NCBI GenBank assembly: GCA_046075565.1
Contig: JBJTQJ010000042.1
Span: forward strand, 1-54,786
DNA length: 54,786 nt
Direction of reading: 5' to 3'
From: Verrucomicrobiales bacterium
GTDB taxonomy: Bacteria; Verrucomicrobiota; Verrucomicrobiia; Verrucomicrobiales; SLCJ01
Part shown: positions 45,694 to 54,786 of the stretch, in pieces
How the letters are laid out: every line of letters starts with the position of its first letter
Numbering within the stretch: the first letter of the stretch is position 1
Notes under the pieces: generated by a model
The model's input: only the letters and a program-made list of their open reading frames with translations
What the model was told of the DNA's origin: nothing
Database searches by the model: none
Program-made: the position numbers and the translations under genes

Positions 45694-47787
45694 ATGGAGC
45701 ATCCTTTTCTTGACCCGGTCCTGCCCATCCGTTGGTCGCGTTTGACGCCCGATCGTGTGGAACCCGACATTACCGAGGCCCTGCGCCGCGCCGAGGTGAA
45801 CTTGCAGGCCATCCGTTCCTTGCCGCCGCAAGCCGATGATCTGACTTTCGAGTCCACCTTTCTCGCTTTGGAAGACGCGACGCGCGGTCTCTCGACGGCC
45901 TGGGGGATCGTGCAACATCTCGATTCCGTCTGCAACAACCCGGCCCTGCGCGAGGCCAACAACCGCATGTTGCCCGCGGTTTCCGCTTTTTTCGCCCGTA
46001 TTCCGCTCGATCCGAAATTGTGGGCCGTCTTGCGGGCCTTCGGTGAATCCGCGGAAGTGAAACATCTCACGCCGCTGCAGCAGCGATTCGTGAAGGAAAC
46101 GATGGAAGACTTCCGCGAAAGCGGAGCGGATTTGCCGGAAGAAAAACGCACACGCCTTGAAGCGTTGGAGGGCGAGTTGGCCGAACTCACCCAGAAGTAT
46201 TCTGAAAATGTGCTCGACGCGACCAACGCGTGGGAATTGGTGATCGACGACCAAGCCCGACTCGAAGGTTTGCCGCCGAGCGCGCGCGAGGCGGCGGCCG
46301 CTTCGGCAAAATCGAAAGGACTTGGCACGCCCGAGAAGCCTGTCTGGCGCTTCACCCTGCACATGCCGTCCTATGGTCCGCTCATGGAGCACCTGAAGGA
46401 CGCCTCCATCCGCGAGCAGGCATGGCGAGCCATGACGGAAGTTGCCCGCAAGGAACCATGGGACAACTCCGAACTCGTTTGGAAAATCCTCGCCCTGCGT
46501 GAGGAAAAAGCACGCTTGCTCGGCAAGGAAAACTTCGCCGACCTCGTGTTGAAACGCCGCATGGCCAAAGATGGAGCGACCGCTCTCCGGTTCGTGGAAA
46601 ACCTGCACGACCGCATCGAATCGGCTTTCATCCGCGAACAAGCCGGGTTGGTGGAATGGCGCGCCAAGCAGCTTGGCGTCGCGCCGGAAGCCATGGAGCC
46701 GTGGGACATGGGCTACTGGGCGGAGAAACGCCGGAAGGCCGAGTTTGATCTCGATGATGAAAAGATGCGGCCTTATTTCCCCATGGAGGGTGTCATTTCC
46801 GGAATGTTCCGCATCTGCGAATTGCTCTTTGGCCTCCGCATCGAAGAAATCCCCGTTTATGCCGGGGAAGGGGAGGCGCCGGATGGACTCATGGAAGTCT
46901 GGCACCCGGAAGTAAAAGCCTTCCGCTTGCTCGATGAGGATGGCTCGGAACTCGGCAGCTTCTACACTGACTGGCATCCGCGCGAGTCGAAACGCGGCGG
47001 GGCGTGGATGAATTCTTTCCGCACCGGATTGCCACCGATGGATGGACGGCCGCGTGAGCCGCATGTCGGCCTCATGTGCGGGAATATGACTCCGCCCGTG
47101 GATGGAAAGCCCGCCTTGCTCACCCATAACGAGGTCGAGACCGTCTTCCATGAATTCGGCCACCTGCTCCACCATCTGCTCGGCAATGTGCCGCTTCGTT
47201 CGCTCAACGGCATTTCGGTGCCATGGGACTTCGTGGAGTTGCCCTCGCAGATCATGGAGAATTTCTGCTGGGACCGCCGTTCGCTCGATTTCTTTGCCCG
47301 CCATCATGAAACCGGCGAGCCGATTCCCGAGGAACTTTTCTCCCGGGTTATGGCCGCGCGCAATTACATGTCGGCCACCGTTTTCATGCGCCAGATGGCC
47401 TTCGGGAAAATGGATCTGGAATTGCATGTCAATTACACAAATCACCGGGATGGGGATCTCGACGAGGTCTGCGCCAGCATTCTCGAGGGATACAACAGCA
47501 AGACGCGCACGCCGGTTCCTCCCAACGTCCGTCGTTTCGGGCACTTGTTCTCCAATCCCGTCGGCTACGCGGCTGGTTACTATTCTTACAAATGGGCTGA
47601 AGTGCTGGACGCCGATGCCTTCACTCGTTTCGCAGCGGCGGGTGTGCTCGATGCGGCCACGGGCCGGGAGTTCCGCCGCACCATTCTCGGTGCGGGCGGC
47701 AGCAAGGATGCGGCGGAGCTTTACCGCGACTTCATGGGCCGCGACCCCGACCCCGAACCGTTGCTCGTGCGCGCCGGTCTCGCCTGA
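45694..47787 (+). CDS. prlC: oligopeptidase A (M3 family)
   Basis: KRGGAWM, HEFGH, ELPSQIMEN and YAAGYYSYKWAEVL motifs. Confidence 0.93.
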   Translation: MEHPFLDPVLPIRWSRLTPDRVEPDITEALRRAEVNLQAIRSLPPQADDLTFESTFLALEDATRGLSTAWGIVQHLDSVCNNPALREANNRMLPAVSAFFARIPLDPKLWAVLRAFGESAEVKHLTPLQQRFVKETMEDFRESGADLPEEKRTRLEALEGELAELTQKYSENVLDATNAWELVIDDQARLEGLPPSAREAAAASAKSKGLGTPEKPVWRFTLHMPSYGPLMEHLKDASIREQAWRAMTEVARKEPWDNSELVWKILALREEKARLLGKENFADLVLKRRMAKDGATALRFVENLHDRIESAFIREQAGLVEWRAKQLGVAPEAMEPWDMGYWAEKRRKAEFDLDDEKMRPYFPMEGVISGMFRICELLFGLRIEEIPVYAGEGEAPDGLMEVWHPEVKAFRLLDEDGSELGSFYTDWHPRESKRGGAWMNSFRTGLPPMDGRPREPHVGLMCGNMTPPVDGKPALLTHNEVETVFHEFGHLLHHLLGNVPLRSLNGISVPWDFVELPSQIMENFCWDRRSLDFFARHHETGEPIPEELFSRVMAARNYMSATVFMRQMAFGKMDLELHVNYTNHRDGDLDEVCASILEGYNSKTRTPVPPNVRRFGHLFSNPVGYAAGYYSYKWAEVLDADAFTRFAAAGVLDAATGREFRRTILGAGGSKDAAELYRDFMGRDPDPEPLLVRAGLA

Positions 47788-47799
47788 TCCCCTCCCGTC

Positions 47800-48561
47800 A
47801 TGCGACTCGTCTCATGGAATGTGAACGGCCTGCGTGCCGTGCTTGGCAAAGGATTCGCGGACCTGCTCCGCGACCATCCCGCCGATGTCTGGTGTCTTCA
47901 GGAAACCAAGGCCCATCCCGATCAGGTGGATGGGGCGTTTCTTGAAGAAGGCGGTTGGCACGCGCGATGGAATAGCGCGGAGAAAAAGGGGTATTCGGGA
48001 GTTGCCGTGTTCTCGAAAGTCCCGCCGCTTTCCGTGCGCCACGGCTTCGGTATCGATGAACATGATCGAGAGGGGCGCGTGCTCACGCTCGAATTCGATA
48101 CCTTTCATCTGGTCAATGTTTACACTCCGAACGCGCAGGACGGGCTTCGCCGACTTCCCTACCGAATGGTTTGGGACCGCGTGTTTCTCGATCATCTCAA
48201 ACGAATCGAAGACAAGGGCAAGCCGGTCGTCTTCGGCGGTGATCTGAATGTCGCACACCAGGAAATTGATCTCGCGAGGCCAAAGGAAAACCGCATGAAC
48301 CCGGGCTTCAGCGATGAAGAACGCGCGGGCTTCGGCAAAATCCTTGAAGCAGGCTTCATTGATACCTTCCGCGAATTCGAGGCGGGACCCGGTCATTATT
48401 CCTGGTGGAGTTTCCGCGGCGGAGCGAGGGTGAGGAATGTCGGATGGAGAATCGACTACTTCGGGATCTCGAAGGCCCTGCGCCCGCGCTTGCAAGCGGC
48501 CGGTATCCTTCCTGACATCCACGGATCAGATCACTGCCCGGTGTGGATTGATGTGGTGTGA
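47800..48561 (+). CDS. xth: exodeoxyribonuclease III
   Basis: SWNVNGLRA, LQETK, GDLNVAH, GWRIDYF and SDHCP motifs. Confidence 0.96.
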   Translation: MRLVSWNVNGLRAVLGKGFADLLRDHPADVWCLQETKAHPDQVDGAFLEEGGWHARWNSAEKKGYSGVAVFSKVPPLSVRHGFGIDEHDREGRVLTLEFDTFHLVNVYTPNAQDGLRRLPYRMVWDRVFLDHLKRIEDKGKPVVFGGDLNVAHQEIDLARPKENRMNPGFSDEERAGFGKILEAGFIDTFREFEAGPGHYSWWSFRGGARVRNVGWRIDYFGISKALRPRLQAAGILPDIHGSDHCPVWIDVV

Positions 48562-48603
48562 GCCCGCCCGGAGTGGTTTATCGATGGCAGAGATGCGCGG
48601 TGT

Positions 48604-50241
48604 CTACTCCGGCTGGTCGTTACGCAGCTTCTCTCCCGCCGTGATGGCGCCTTTGGCGTCGTCGAGCAGGCCGGATTTTTCGAGATAGTAATCGTAGCCG
48701 CCGGCATAGCGGGTGAGTTTGCCGCCGCTGATGTGCAACGTTGTTTCCGCAAGGGCGCGGATGAAATGCACGTCGTGGGAGATGAAAACCAGCGTGCCTT
48801 CATAACGTTTCAGCGCGAGGATGAGGGCCTCCACCGAGAGCAGGTCGAGGTGGGTGGTCGGCTCGTCCATGAGCAGGAGGTTCGGAGGATCGACGAGGAA
48901 TTTCACCAGGCTGAGACGGCTCTTCTCGCCTCCGCTGAGCACTTTCACTTTCTTCGCCACATCGGAGCGTCGGAAAAGAAACGAACCGAGAATGGATCGC
49001 ACGTCATCTTCCCGAAGCTCGGCATTGGCGCGCAGGACTTCATCAAGCACGCTATTTTCGAGATCGAGGCCATCGCTGCGGTGCTGGGAGAAATATCCGA
49101 TCTTGGTCGCGCTCGGGACCTTGCGCACGCCATCTTGGATTGGCAGAACCCCGGCGAGGATTTTCAGGAGCGTGGATTTACCGGCTCCGTTGGGGCCGAC
49201 CAGGACGGTGCGGTCGCCGCGTTCGATGGCGAGATCAAGGTGGGAATAAACGCGCAATGATCCGTAAGCCTGGCTCACGTCCTCCAGTTCGATGACCTTC
49301 TGCGTGCTGCGCTGGGGCTGGGGGAAGTTGAAACTGAAAACCTTCCGCGGCGATTTTGGTTTCTCGAGTTTCGGCATCTTCTCGAGTTGTTTGACCCGGC
49401 TCTGCACTTGGGCGGCTTTCGAAGCGACGGAGCGGAATTCGTCGATGAAGATCTGGATGCGTTCGATTTCCTTCTGCTGGTTCTTGTAGGCCTGCAACAG
49501 TTGCTCGTAGCGGGTCTCGCGTTCATCCACGTAGGTGCTGTAGTTTCCCTGATAGACCGAGAAACGACCGTCGTCGATTTCGATGACCGACTCGACCACT
49601 TCGTCCATGAAGTCGCGGTCGTGCGAGATGAGCAGGATGGCTCCGGGGTAGTTCTTCAGATGGCGCTGGAACCAGAGCAGCGAGAGCAGGTCGAGGTGGT
49701 TCGTCGGTTCGTCCAGCATCAGCACATCAGGCTCCAGGACGAGCAGCTTGGCCAGATGAGCACGCATGACCCAGCCGCCCGACATCTCTTTCGCGGGGCG
49801 GTGGAAATCCGAATCGCGGAAGGCCAGCCCTTTGAGAATGCGTTTCGCCTTTGCTTCAAGCTGGTAGCCATTGAGGGCCGTGAATTGATCTTGGGCGTGC
49901 CCGTATTCTTCCGAGCCGGTGGTGCCTCCAGCCTCGTGTTTTTTCATGTGCCGGACGATTTCCTGCATCTCCGGGGTGACGGACATGGCGATTTCCAACA
50001 CGGTCTCGTCGCCCACGGCTTCGGCCTCCTGCGGAAGGAAACCGGTGACCGCGTATTCGTCGCGCACGATCTCACCTTCATCCGGTTCTTCGACGCCGAG
50101 GATCAAACGGAACAGGGTGGATTTGCCGGCGCCATTGGGGCCGACGAGAGCCACCCGTTCACCCCAATTGAGGGTGTGGGAAACTCCCTGAAAGAGAACG
50201 CGGCCCGCGTAGCCCTTGGTCAGATCTCGTAAAGTCAGCAT
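48604..50241 (-). CDS. ABC-F family ATP-binding protein
   Basis: Two GPNGAGKST NBDs, LDEPTNHLD, no TM segments. Confidence 0.94.
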   Translation of the reverse strand: MLTLRDLTKGYAGRVLFQGVSHTLNWGERVALVGPNGAGKSTLFRLILGVEEPDEGEIVRDEYAVTGFLPQEAEAVGDETVLEIAMSVTPEMQEIVRHMKKHEAGGTTGSEEYGHAQDQFTALNGYQLEAKAKRILKGLAFRDSDFHRPAKEMSGGWVMRAHLAKLLVLEPDVLMLDEPTNHLDLLSLLWFQRHLKNYPGAILLISHDRDFMDEVVESVIEIDDGRFSVYQGNYSTYVDERETRYEQLLQAYKNQQKEIERIQIFIDEFRSVASKAAQVQSRVKQLEKMPKLEKPKSPRKVFSFNFPQPQRSTQKVIELEDVSQAYGSLRVYSHLDLAIERGDRTVLVGPNGAGKSTLLKILAGVLPIQDGVRKVPSATKIGYFSQHRSDGLDLENSVLDEVLRANAELREDDVRSILGSFLFRRSDVAKKVKVLSGGEKSRLSLVKFLVDPPNLLLMDEPTTHLDLLSVEALILALKRYEGTLVFISHDVHFIRALAETTLHISGGKLTRYAGGYDYYLEKSGLLDDAKGAITAGEKLRNDQPE

Positions 50242-50450
50242 GAAGCGCGGAAGCTACCATTGGCCGGACTTTCCGGCAACCATGGTTTGACCCTACTGGC
50301 GGAGGTGGTATCGGTGGCAGAGAAGCCACGAGGCATCGCGTTGCAAATTGCCCGAATCCCCCGTTGATTTTCCTTGCAAAGCGGGGGAAGGTGGTATCTC
50401 ACAGCGCGGATAGAATTCCGCATTCAAAATTTCCAACGAACACATCCAAT

Positions 50451-51995
50451 ATGGCCAAGAAACCCGTGGTTCTGATTATTCGCGACGGCTGGGGTATCAA
50501 TCCCGGAGGCAAGAAAAAGGCAAAGTCGAACGGCGACGCGACAATGCTCGGGAAAACCCCGTTCCATGACAAACTTTATGCCAGCTACCCGATGAGCAAA
50601 GTGAGCGCCAGCGGTCTCGATGTGGGGCTGCCCGATGGCCAGATGGGCAACAGCGAGGTCGGCCACCTGAATCTCGGGGCGGGGCGTGTCGTTTATCAGG
50701 ACCTGACCCGCATTAACAAGGCCATCGAGGATGGATCGCTGGCCAAAAACAAGGTGCTGAAAGCGGCTTTCGCGAAGGCCGCCGCCAAGGGCAAACGCCT
50801 GCACTTCGTCGGACTTCTCTCCGACGGCGGGGTGCACAGCCACCAGAATCAACTCGTCGCCATGGCGCGTCTCGCCGCTGCCGCCGGGGTCACCGATATC
50901 ATGGTGCATGCCATCACCGACGGTCGCGATACTTCGCCGACGGGTGGAGCCGGTTATCTTTCGAAGGTGGAAGATGAAATCGCCGAGGCCGGGGCTCGCG
51001 TGGCCACGGTCATCGGGCGGTATTTCGCCATGGATCGCGATGAACGCTGGGATCGCACGAAACTCGCATGGGATGCCATCGTGCATGGCAAAGGAACCCG
51101 CAAGAATGTGCTGGCGAGCGAAGCGGTCGCGGAGTGTTACAAGAACGACGCTACCGACGAGTTTCTCAAGCCGATGGTCTTTTTCGAGCCTGACACAAAA
51201 CGTGTTCGCGATGGCGATGTCGTTCTTTTCTTCAATTTCCGCGCCGACCGCGCCCGCCAGCTTTCGCGGGCTTTCCTAACAAAAGGATTCCGCCATTTCG
51301 CCACCGGCGGAAGGCCGAAAGTGCACTACGTGACTCTCACCGAATACGATGAGACGTATGGTTGCCCTTGTGTCTTCCCGCCGGAAGAGCTGAAGGATGT
51401 GCTGGGCAACGTCGTGTCCAAGGCGGGTCTGAAGCAGCTCCGCATCGCCGAGACGGAGAAATATCCGCACGTTACCTATTTCTTCAACGGAGGTGTCGAG
51501 AAGCAATACAAGGGAGAAGACCGCTGCATCGTGCCAAGTCCGAAGGATGTGCCGACCTATGACTTCAAGCCGCAGATGAGCGCGCCGCAGTTAACAGCGG
51601 AAGTTCTGGCGAAGTTGCCCGAGTATGATCTGGTGATTCTGAATTTTGCCAACACGGATATGGTGGGGCATACCGGCGTGGTCGAAGCCGGCATCAAGGC
51701 GGTGGAGACCATCGATGGTTGCGTGAAGCAGGTCGTGGAAAAGGTCCTCGATCTCGGTGGAAAATTGATCATCACGGCCGATCATGGCAACTGCGAGCAG
51801 ATGCGCAACGCCGATGGCTCACCGCACACCGCCCACACGACCAATCTGGTCCACTGCCTCTACGTGGGTTCCGACCATGCGAAATTCTCCATGCGCGATG
51901 GTATTCTCGCCGATATCGCACCGACACTGTTGGAACTGCTCGGCGTGCCGAAACCGGCCGCGATGACCGGCAAATCCCTGCGGATCAAGAAGTGA
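50451..51995 (+). CDS. gpmI: 2,3-bisphosphoglycerate-independent phosphoglycerate mutase
   Basis: GQMGNSEVGH, AETEKYPHVTYFF, DMVGHTG and TADHGN motifs. Confidence 0.97.
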   Translation: MAKKPVVLIIRDGWGINPGGKKKAKSNGDATMLGKTPFHDKLYASYPMSKVSASGLDVGLPDGQMGNSEVGHLNLGAGRVVYQDLTRINKAIEDGSLAKNKVLKAAFAKAAAKGKRLHFVGLLSDGGVHSHQNQLVAMARLAAAAGVTDIMVHAITDGRDTSPTGGAGYLSKVEDEIAEAGARVATVIGRYFAMDRDERWDRTKLAWDAIVHGKGTRKNVLASEAVAECYKNDATDEFLKPMVFFEPDTKRVRDGDVVLFFNFRADRARQLSRAFLTKGFRHFATGGRPKVHYVTLTEYDETYGCPCVFPPEELKDVLGNVVSKAGLKQLRIAETEKYPHVTYFFNGGVEKQYKGEDRCIVPSPKDVPTYDFKPQMSAPQLTAEVLAKLPEYDLVILNFANTDMVGHTGVVEAGIKAVETIDGCVKQVVEKVLDLGGKLIITADHGNCEQMRNADGSPHTAHTTNLVHCLYVGSDHAKFSMRDGILADIAPTLLELLGVPKPAAMTGKSLRIKK

Positions 51996-52056
51996 GGTGC
52001 CAGCCGGCGCTTTTCCTCTTGCCATGGGAGCCGGAAACACGGAACCTCGACCATAC

Positions 52057-52557
52057 ATGGCGCGCAAACAACCGACCGACCGACCCAACCGACTCGATGA
52101 GATCGAAAGCGGTGTCGTCGAGTTGCTTTCCGGAATGGCGAGCATGCTCGGCTTGCCCCCCTCGATTGGCGCCATCTACGGATTGCTTTTTATATCCGAA
52201 GAACCACTGTGTCTGGATGATTTCGTGACCCGTTTGGGAATCAGCAAGGGGTCGACGAGCCAAGGCTTGGGCGTCTTGCGTCGTCTCGGAGCTCTCCGCG
52301 CCGCTTCCCCCGGGGGCCGTCGCGAGTATTACATGGCTGATCTGCAATTGAAGAAGCTGGTTGGAGGCTTCCTCCGCAGTGAGGTCATTCCCCAGCTCGA
52401 TCGAGGCGCAGGCACCGTAGCTGTCCTGCGGAAATCCGCCCTACAATTGCCTGATACGCAACGGCAGGCTTTCCTGAAGGAGCGGCTGGCGAAACTCGAA
52501 AACTGGCAGAATCGAGGCCGCCAAGTCCTCGGGCTGCTCCACCGCTTTCTCGACTGA
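52057..52557 (+). CDS. GbsR/MarR family transcriptional regulator
   Basis: GLPPSIGAIYGLLF, LGISKGSTS and RREYY motifs. Confidence 0.85.
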   Translation: MARKQPTDRPNRLDEIESGVVELLSGMASMLGLPPSIGAIYGLLFISEEPLCLDDFVTRLGISKGSTSQGLGVLRRLGALRAASPGGRREYYMADLQLKKLVGGFLRSEVIPQLDRGAGTVAVLRKSALQLPDTQRQAFLKERLAKLENWQNRGRQVLGLLHRFLD

Positions 52558-52568
52558 AGAACTTTCCC

Positions 52569-53135
52569 ATGGATCGTCCTCTCCATGAGCCGGTCTCCCG
52601 GCTACTCTCCGAACCCGCCTGGTTTTGCCTGCGCAGCCGCACCAAAGCCGAACACCTCGCTGCGGTCCAGGTCGCCCGTCACGAGGGCGTGGAGGTCTTT
52701 TGCCCCCGGTTGCGCTTCCGCCGGAATACCCGCCGCGGGCCGGTTTGGTTCGTCGAGGCCCTCTTTCCGGGGTATTTTTTCGCCCGCTTCTCACCCAACC
52801 TGCAGCTACGGGATATCCTTCATACACAAGGGGTTACGGGGATTATCGAGTTCGGCGACCGTCCGACGGAGGTCGGGGATGCCGACATCGCCGCTCTTCG
52901 CGGCCTGATGAACACCGAAGACCTGCGTGTCCTGGATGATTCGATCAGCGAAGGCACGGCTACGGAAGTTGTCACCGGGCCGTTCCGGGGGATCGAGGTG
53001 GTCGTGACTCGGATTTTACCCTCCCGGGACCGTGTTCGCATCCTCTTGGAATTTCTTGGCGGAATGCGGGAAATTGAGGTCTCAAGCGTCCAGTTGGCCT
53101 CTCCCAAACCGATTCCAAAGCCGTTTCGAAAATAA
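52569..53135 (+). CDS. RfaH-like NusG-family antitermination factor
   Basis: NGN domain WFCLRS...EALFPGYFFARF; KOW domain GPFRG...RVRILLEFLG. Confidence 0.9.
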   Translation: MDRPLHEPVSRLLSEPAWFCLRSRTKAEHLAAVQVARHEGVEVFCPRLRFRRNTRRGPVWFVEALFPGYFFARFSPNLQLRDILHTQGVTGIIEFGDRPTEVGDADIAALRGLMNTEDLRVLDDSISEGTATEVVTGPFRGIEVVVTRILPSRDRVRILLEFLGGMREIEVSSVQLASPKPIPKPFRK

Positions 53136-53153
53136 TAAGCAAGCCTTGAGGGA

Positions 53154-53197
53154 ATTGTTCAAAAAAAATTGAACAATCTCCTGTTTCCGGCTACTAT
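53154..53197 (+). promoter_or_regulatory. sigma70 promoter overlapped by a perfect inverted repeat
   Basis: ATTGTTCAA-N6-TTGAACAAT; TTGAAC-N17-TACTAT. Confidence 0.6.
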
Positions 53198-53352
53198 TCT
53201 TTTGGCTGCTGGGCTTGGCTCCCGTAGCGCTCGTTTCCACTATGTTCCCGTCCAGAATCGGGATTCTCCAATGGTCGAGCCCGTTTTCCGGCGGGCCTAC
53301 GACCAGAGGCGGAGGCTTGGCATCACTCTAAGACCTTTGAACGAACATATGA

Positions 53353-53727
53353 ATGGGTAGCTTCGTCCAAAAAACCGCCTTCCTGATGCCTTTTTGCATC
53401 GGGACGGTCATCATTGGATTCATCTTGTGGTATGCGCGGGTGCGCAACCCGATGAGGCGCATGCGTCCGCCCTTCGGGTTGCTCGCGTTGGCGGGGATCG
53501 TGCTCATGATGGTGAATGGTGGCCTCGCGGCGTTCATCGCCAAGGCGATTCTCACCGGCGACGACATCGCCAAGGGCCTGAAAGAAGAAACGAAGAGAGC
53601 TTACGATGGTCGGGATACCACGCTGCCACCTGGCAAGAAGGATGAAGGGGAGAAGCCCATGAGCAGTTGGGATCGCCTGAAGTATGGGGATCGAAATCAG
53701 GAAGGCGACAACTCGTCGGAGCAGTGA
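53353..53727 (+). CDS. hypothetical 2-TM membrane protein
   Basis: Two hydrophobic helices and a charged tail; ends 21 nt before kdsA. Confidence 0.65.
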   Translation: MGSFVQKTAFLMPFCIGTVIIGFILWYARVRNPMRRMRPPFGLLALAGIVLMMVNGGLAAFIAKAILTGDDIAKGLKEETKRAYDGRDTTLPPGKKDEGEKPMSSWDRLKYGDRNQEGDNSSEQ

Positions 53728-53748
53728 GCATTTCCGCAAAACAAGATC

Positions 53749-54546
53749 ATGCTATTCAATTCTTCCAAACTCCTTCTTATTGCCGGTCCATGCAGTCTCG
53801 AAAACTGGGATGTATGTGCCGCGGTCGCCGAAGATCTGCGCACGCTGGCAGACGCGCGTCCGGATCTGAATGTGATTTTCAAAGGCTCGTATGACAAAGC
53901 CAACCGGACGTCTTTCGAGTCGGATCGCGGACCCGGCATGGATGAAGGGTTGGCCTTGCTCGGCCGCGTCGGTCGCGAGTTTGGTTTTCCACTTCTCACC
54001 GACATCCATTTGCCCGATCAGGCCTCCATCGTGGGCGAGGTGTGCGATGTCCTGCAGATACCCGCGTTCCTTTGCCGACAGACCGACCTGTTGCTCGCCG
54101 CCGCCGCCACCGGTCGTGTGGTGAACGTGAAGAAGGGCCAATTCCTTTCGCCGATGGAAATGGGACACGTGACCTCGAAACTCGAGAAAGCCAAGGCGTC
54201 CGAAATCTGGCAAACCGACCGCGGCACACTCTTCGGATATCAGAATCTGGTCGTGGACATGCGGTCGTTTCCGATCATGAAAGCGCACGGGCATCCGACC
54301 ATTCTCGATGCCACCCACAGCGTGCAGTTGCCCGGTGCCGCCGATGGGAAGAGCGGCGGGCAAAGGCAGTTCGTTCCGGTGCTGGCCCGCGCCGCCCTCG
54401 CCGCCGGGGCCGACGGTCTCTTCATCGAAACCCATCCCGAACCCGCCCGTGCCATTTCGGATGCCGCCAGCCAGATCCCTCTCGACGAGATGCCGGCATT
54501 GATCGATTCCTGTCTTGCGATCTGGAAAGCCGTCCGCGGTGCTTGA
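53749..54546 (+). CDS. kdsA: KDO-8-phosphate synthase
   Basis: [25 protein letters not shown] and DATHSVQ motifs. Confidence 0.97.
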   Translation: MLFNSSKLLLIAGPCSLENWDVCAAVAEDLRTLADARPDLNVIFKGSYDKANRTSFESDRGPGMDEGLALLGRVGREFGFPLLTDIHLPDQASIVGEVCDVLQIPAFLCRQTDLLLAAAATGRVVNVKKGQFLSPMEMGHVTSKLEKAKASEIWQTDRGTLFGYQNLVVDMRSFPIMKAHGHPTILDATHSVQLPGAADGKSGGQRQFVPVLARAALAAGADGLFIETHPEPARAISDAASQIPLDEMPALIDSCLAIWKAVRGA

Positions 54547-54658
54547 ATCGGGAAGCCATCGCGAAACCTGCGTTGTTTGCTCCGCTCGCCGCTCTACACA
54601 GACAGTCTAAAGGTCATGCGCATAAGTAGACTAGCCCAGGCAACGCGCCGCGCTCCCT

Positions 54659-54699
54659 TCTTGTCTCTTGTTTCTTGAGTCTTGCCGTCTTGTGTCTTC
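54659..54699 (+). repeat. short heptameric tandem repeat (TCTTGnn), about 6 units
   Basis: tcttgtc tcttgtt tcttgag tcttgccg tcttgtg tcttc. Confidence 0.5.
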
Positions 54700-54706
54700 T
54701 CCTGCC

Positions 54707-54786
54707 ATGCTTCCCACAGCCGCCAATCGCAGTTTTGATGCCGCCATCCAAGCGGTAAGTCTCACCCGGGCCGCCGTTGCGGAAGG
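54707..54786 (+). CDS. possible N-terminal fragment of a CDS running off the window
   Basis: ATG at 54707, open to the end (MLPTAANRSFDAAIQAVSLTRAAVAE). Confidence 0.35.
   Translation, partial: MLPTAANRSFDAAIQAVSLTRAAVAE

Noticed and set aside
45646-47544. 632-aa antisense ORF; similarly 18123-19607, 18676-20052, 21989-23416 and 5299-6546
   Set aside because: Shadow frames of well-supported genes, expected from high-GC codon bias; no recognisable motifs.
53169-53360. 63-aa ORF upstream of the membrane gene
   Set aside because: Starts within the -35 box/operator; better explained as promoter plus leader.

Overview
GC-rich bacterial chromosomal segment, most likely Verrucomicrobiota (inferred from a PVC-type heme-binding protein, a DUF1800/DUF1501 pair, RNase HIII and Verrucomicrobia-style secreted proteins). 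It holds about 48 CDSs. Housekeeping genes (pyrE, frr, lpdA, hisB, fmt, der, cimA, fhs, rnhC, trxA, prlC, xth, gpmI, kdsA) are interleaved with uncharacterised envelope and secreted genes. I saw no rRNA, tRNA, CRISPR array, transposase or prophage. Signals not explained by the ORF track: (1) a 44-codon Cys-rich, metallothionein-like lipoprotein gene (34759-34893, minus) with a strong promoter but an ATC start; (2) two diverged copies of a ~215-bp MITE-like element with IS4-like ends, each carrying a GTAG-type REP doublet; (3) a recurrent -35/-10 promoter 6 nt before the ATG, suggesting many leaderless mRNAs; (4) an ABCG-like exporter/OB-fold/TPR-like/thioesterase operon divergent from an AsmA-like gene; (5) single-base lesions, one at a canonical slippery heptamer, confined to accessory exported-protein genes. 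All family assignments come from motif recognition by eye, not database searches.
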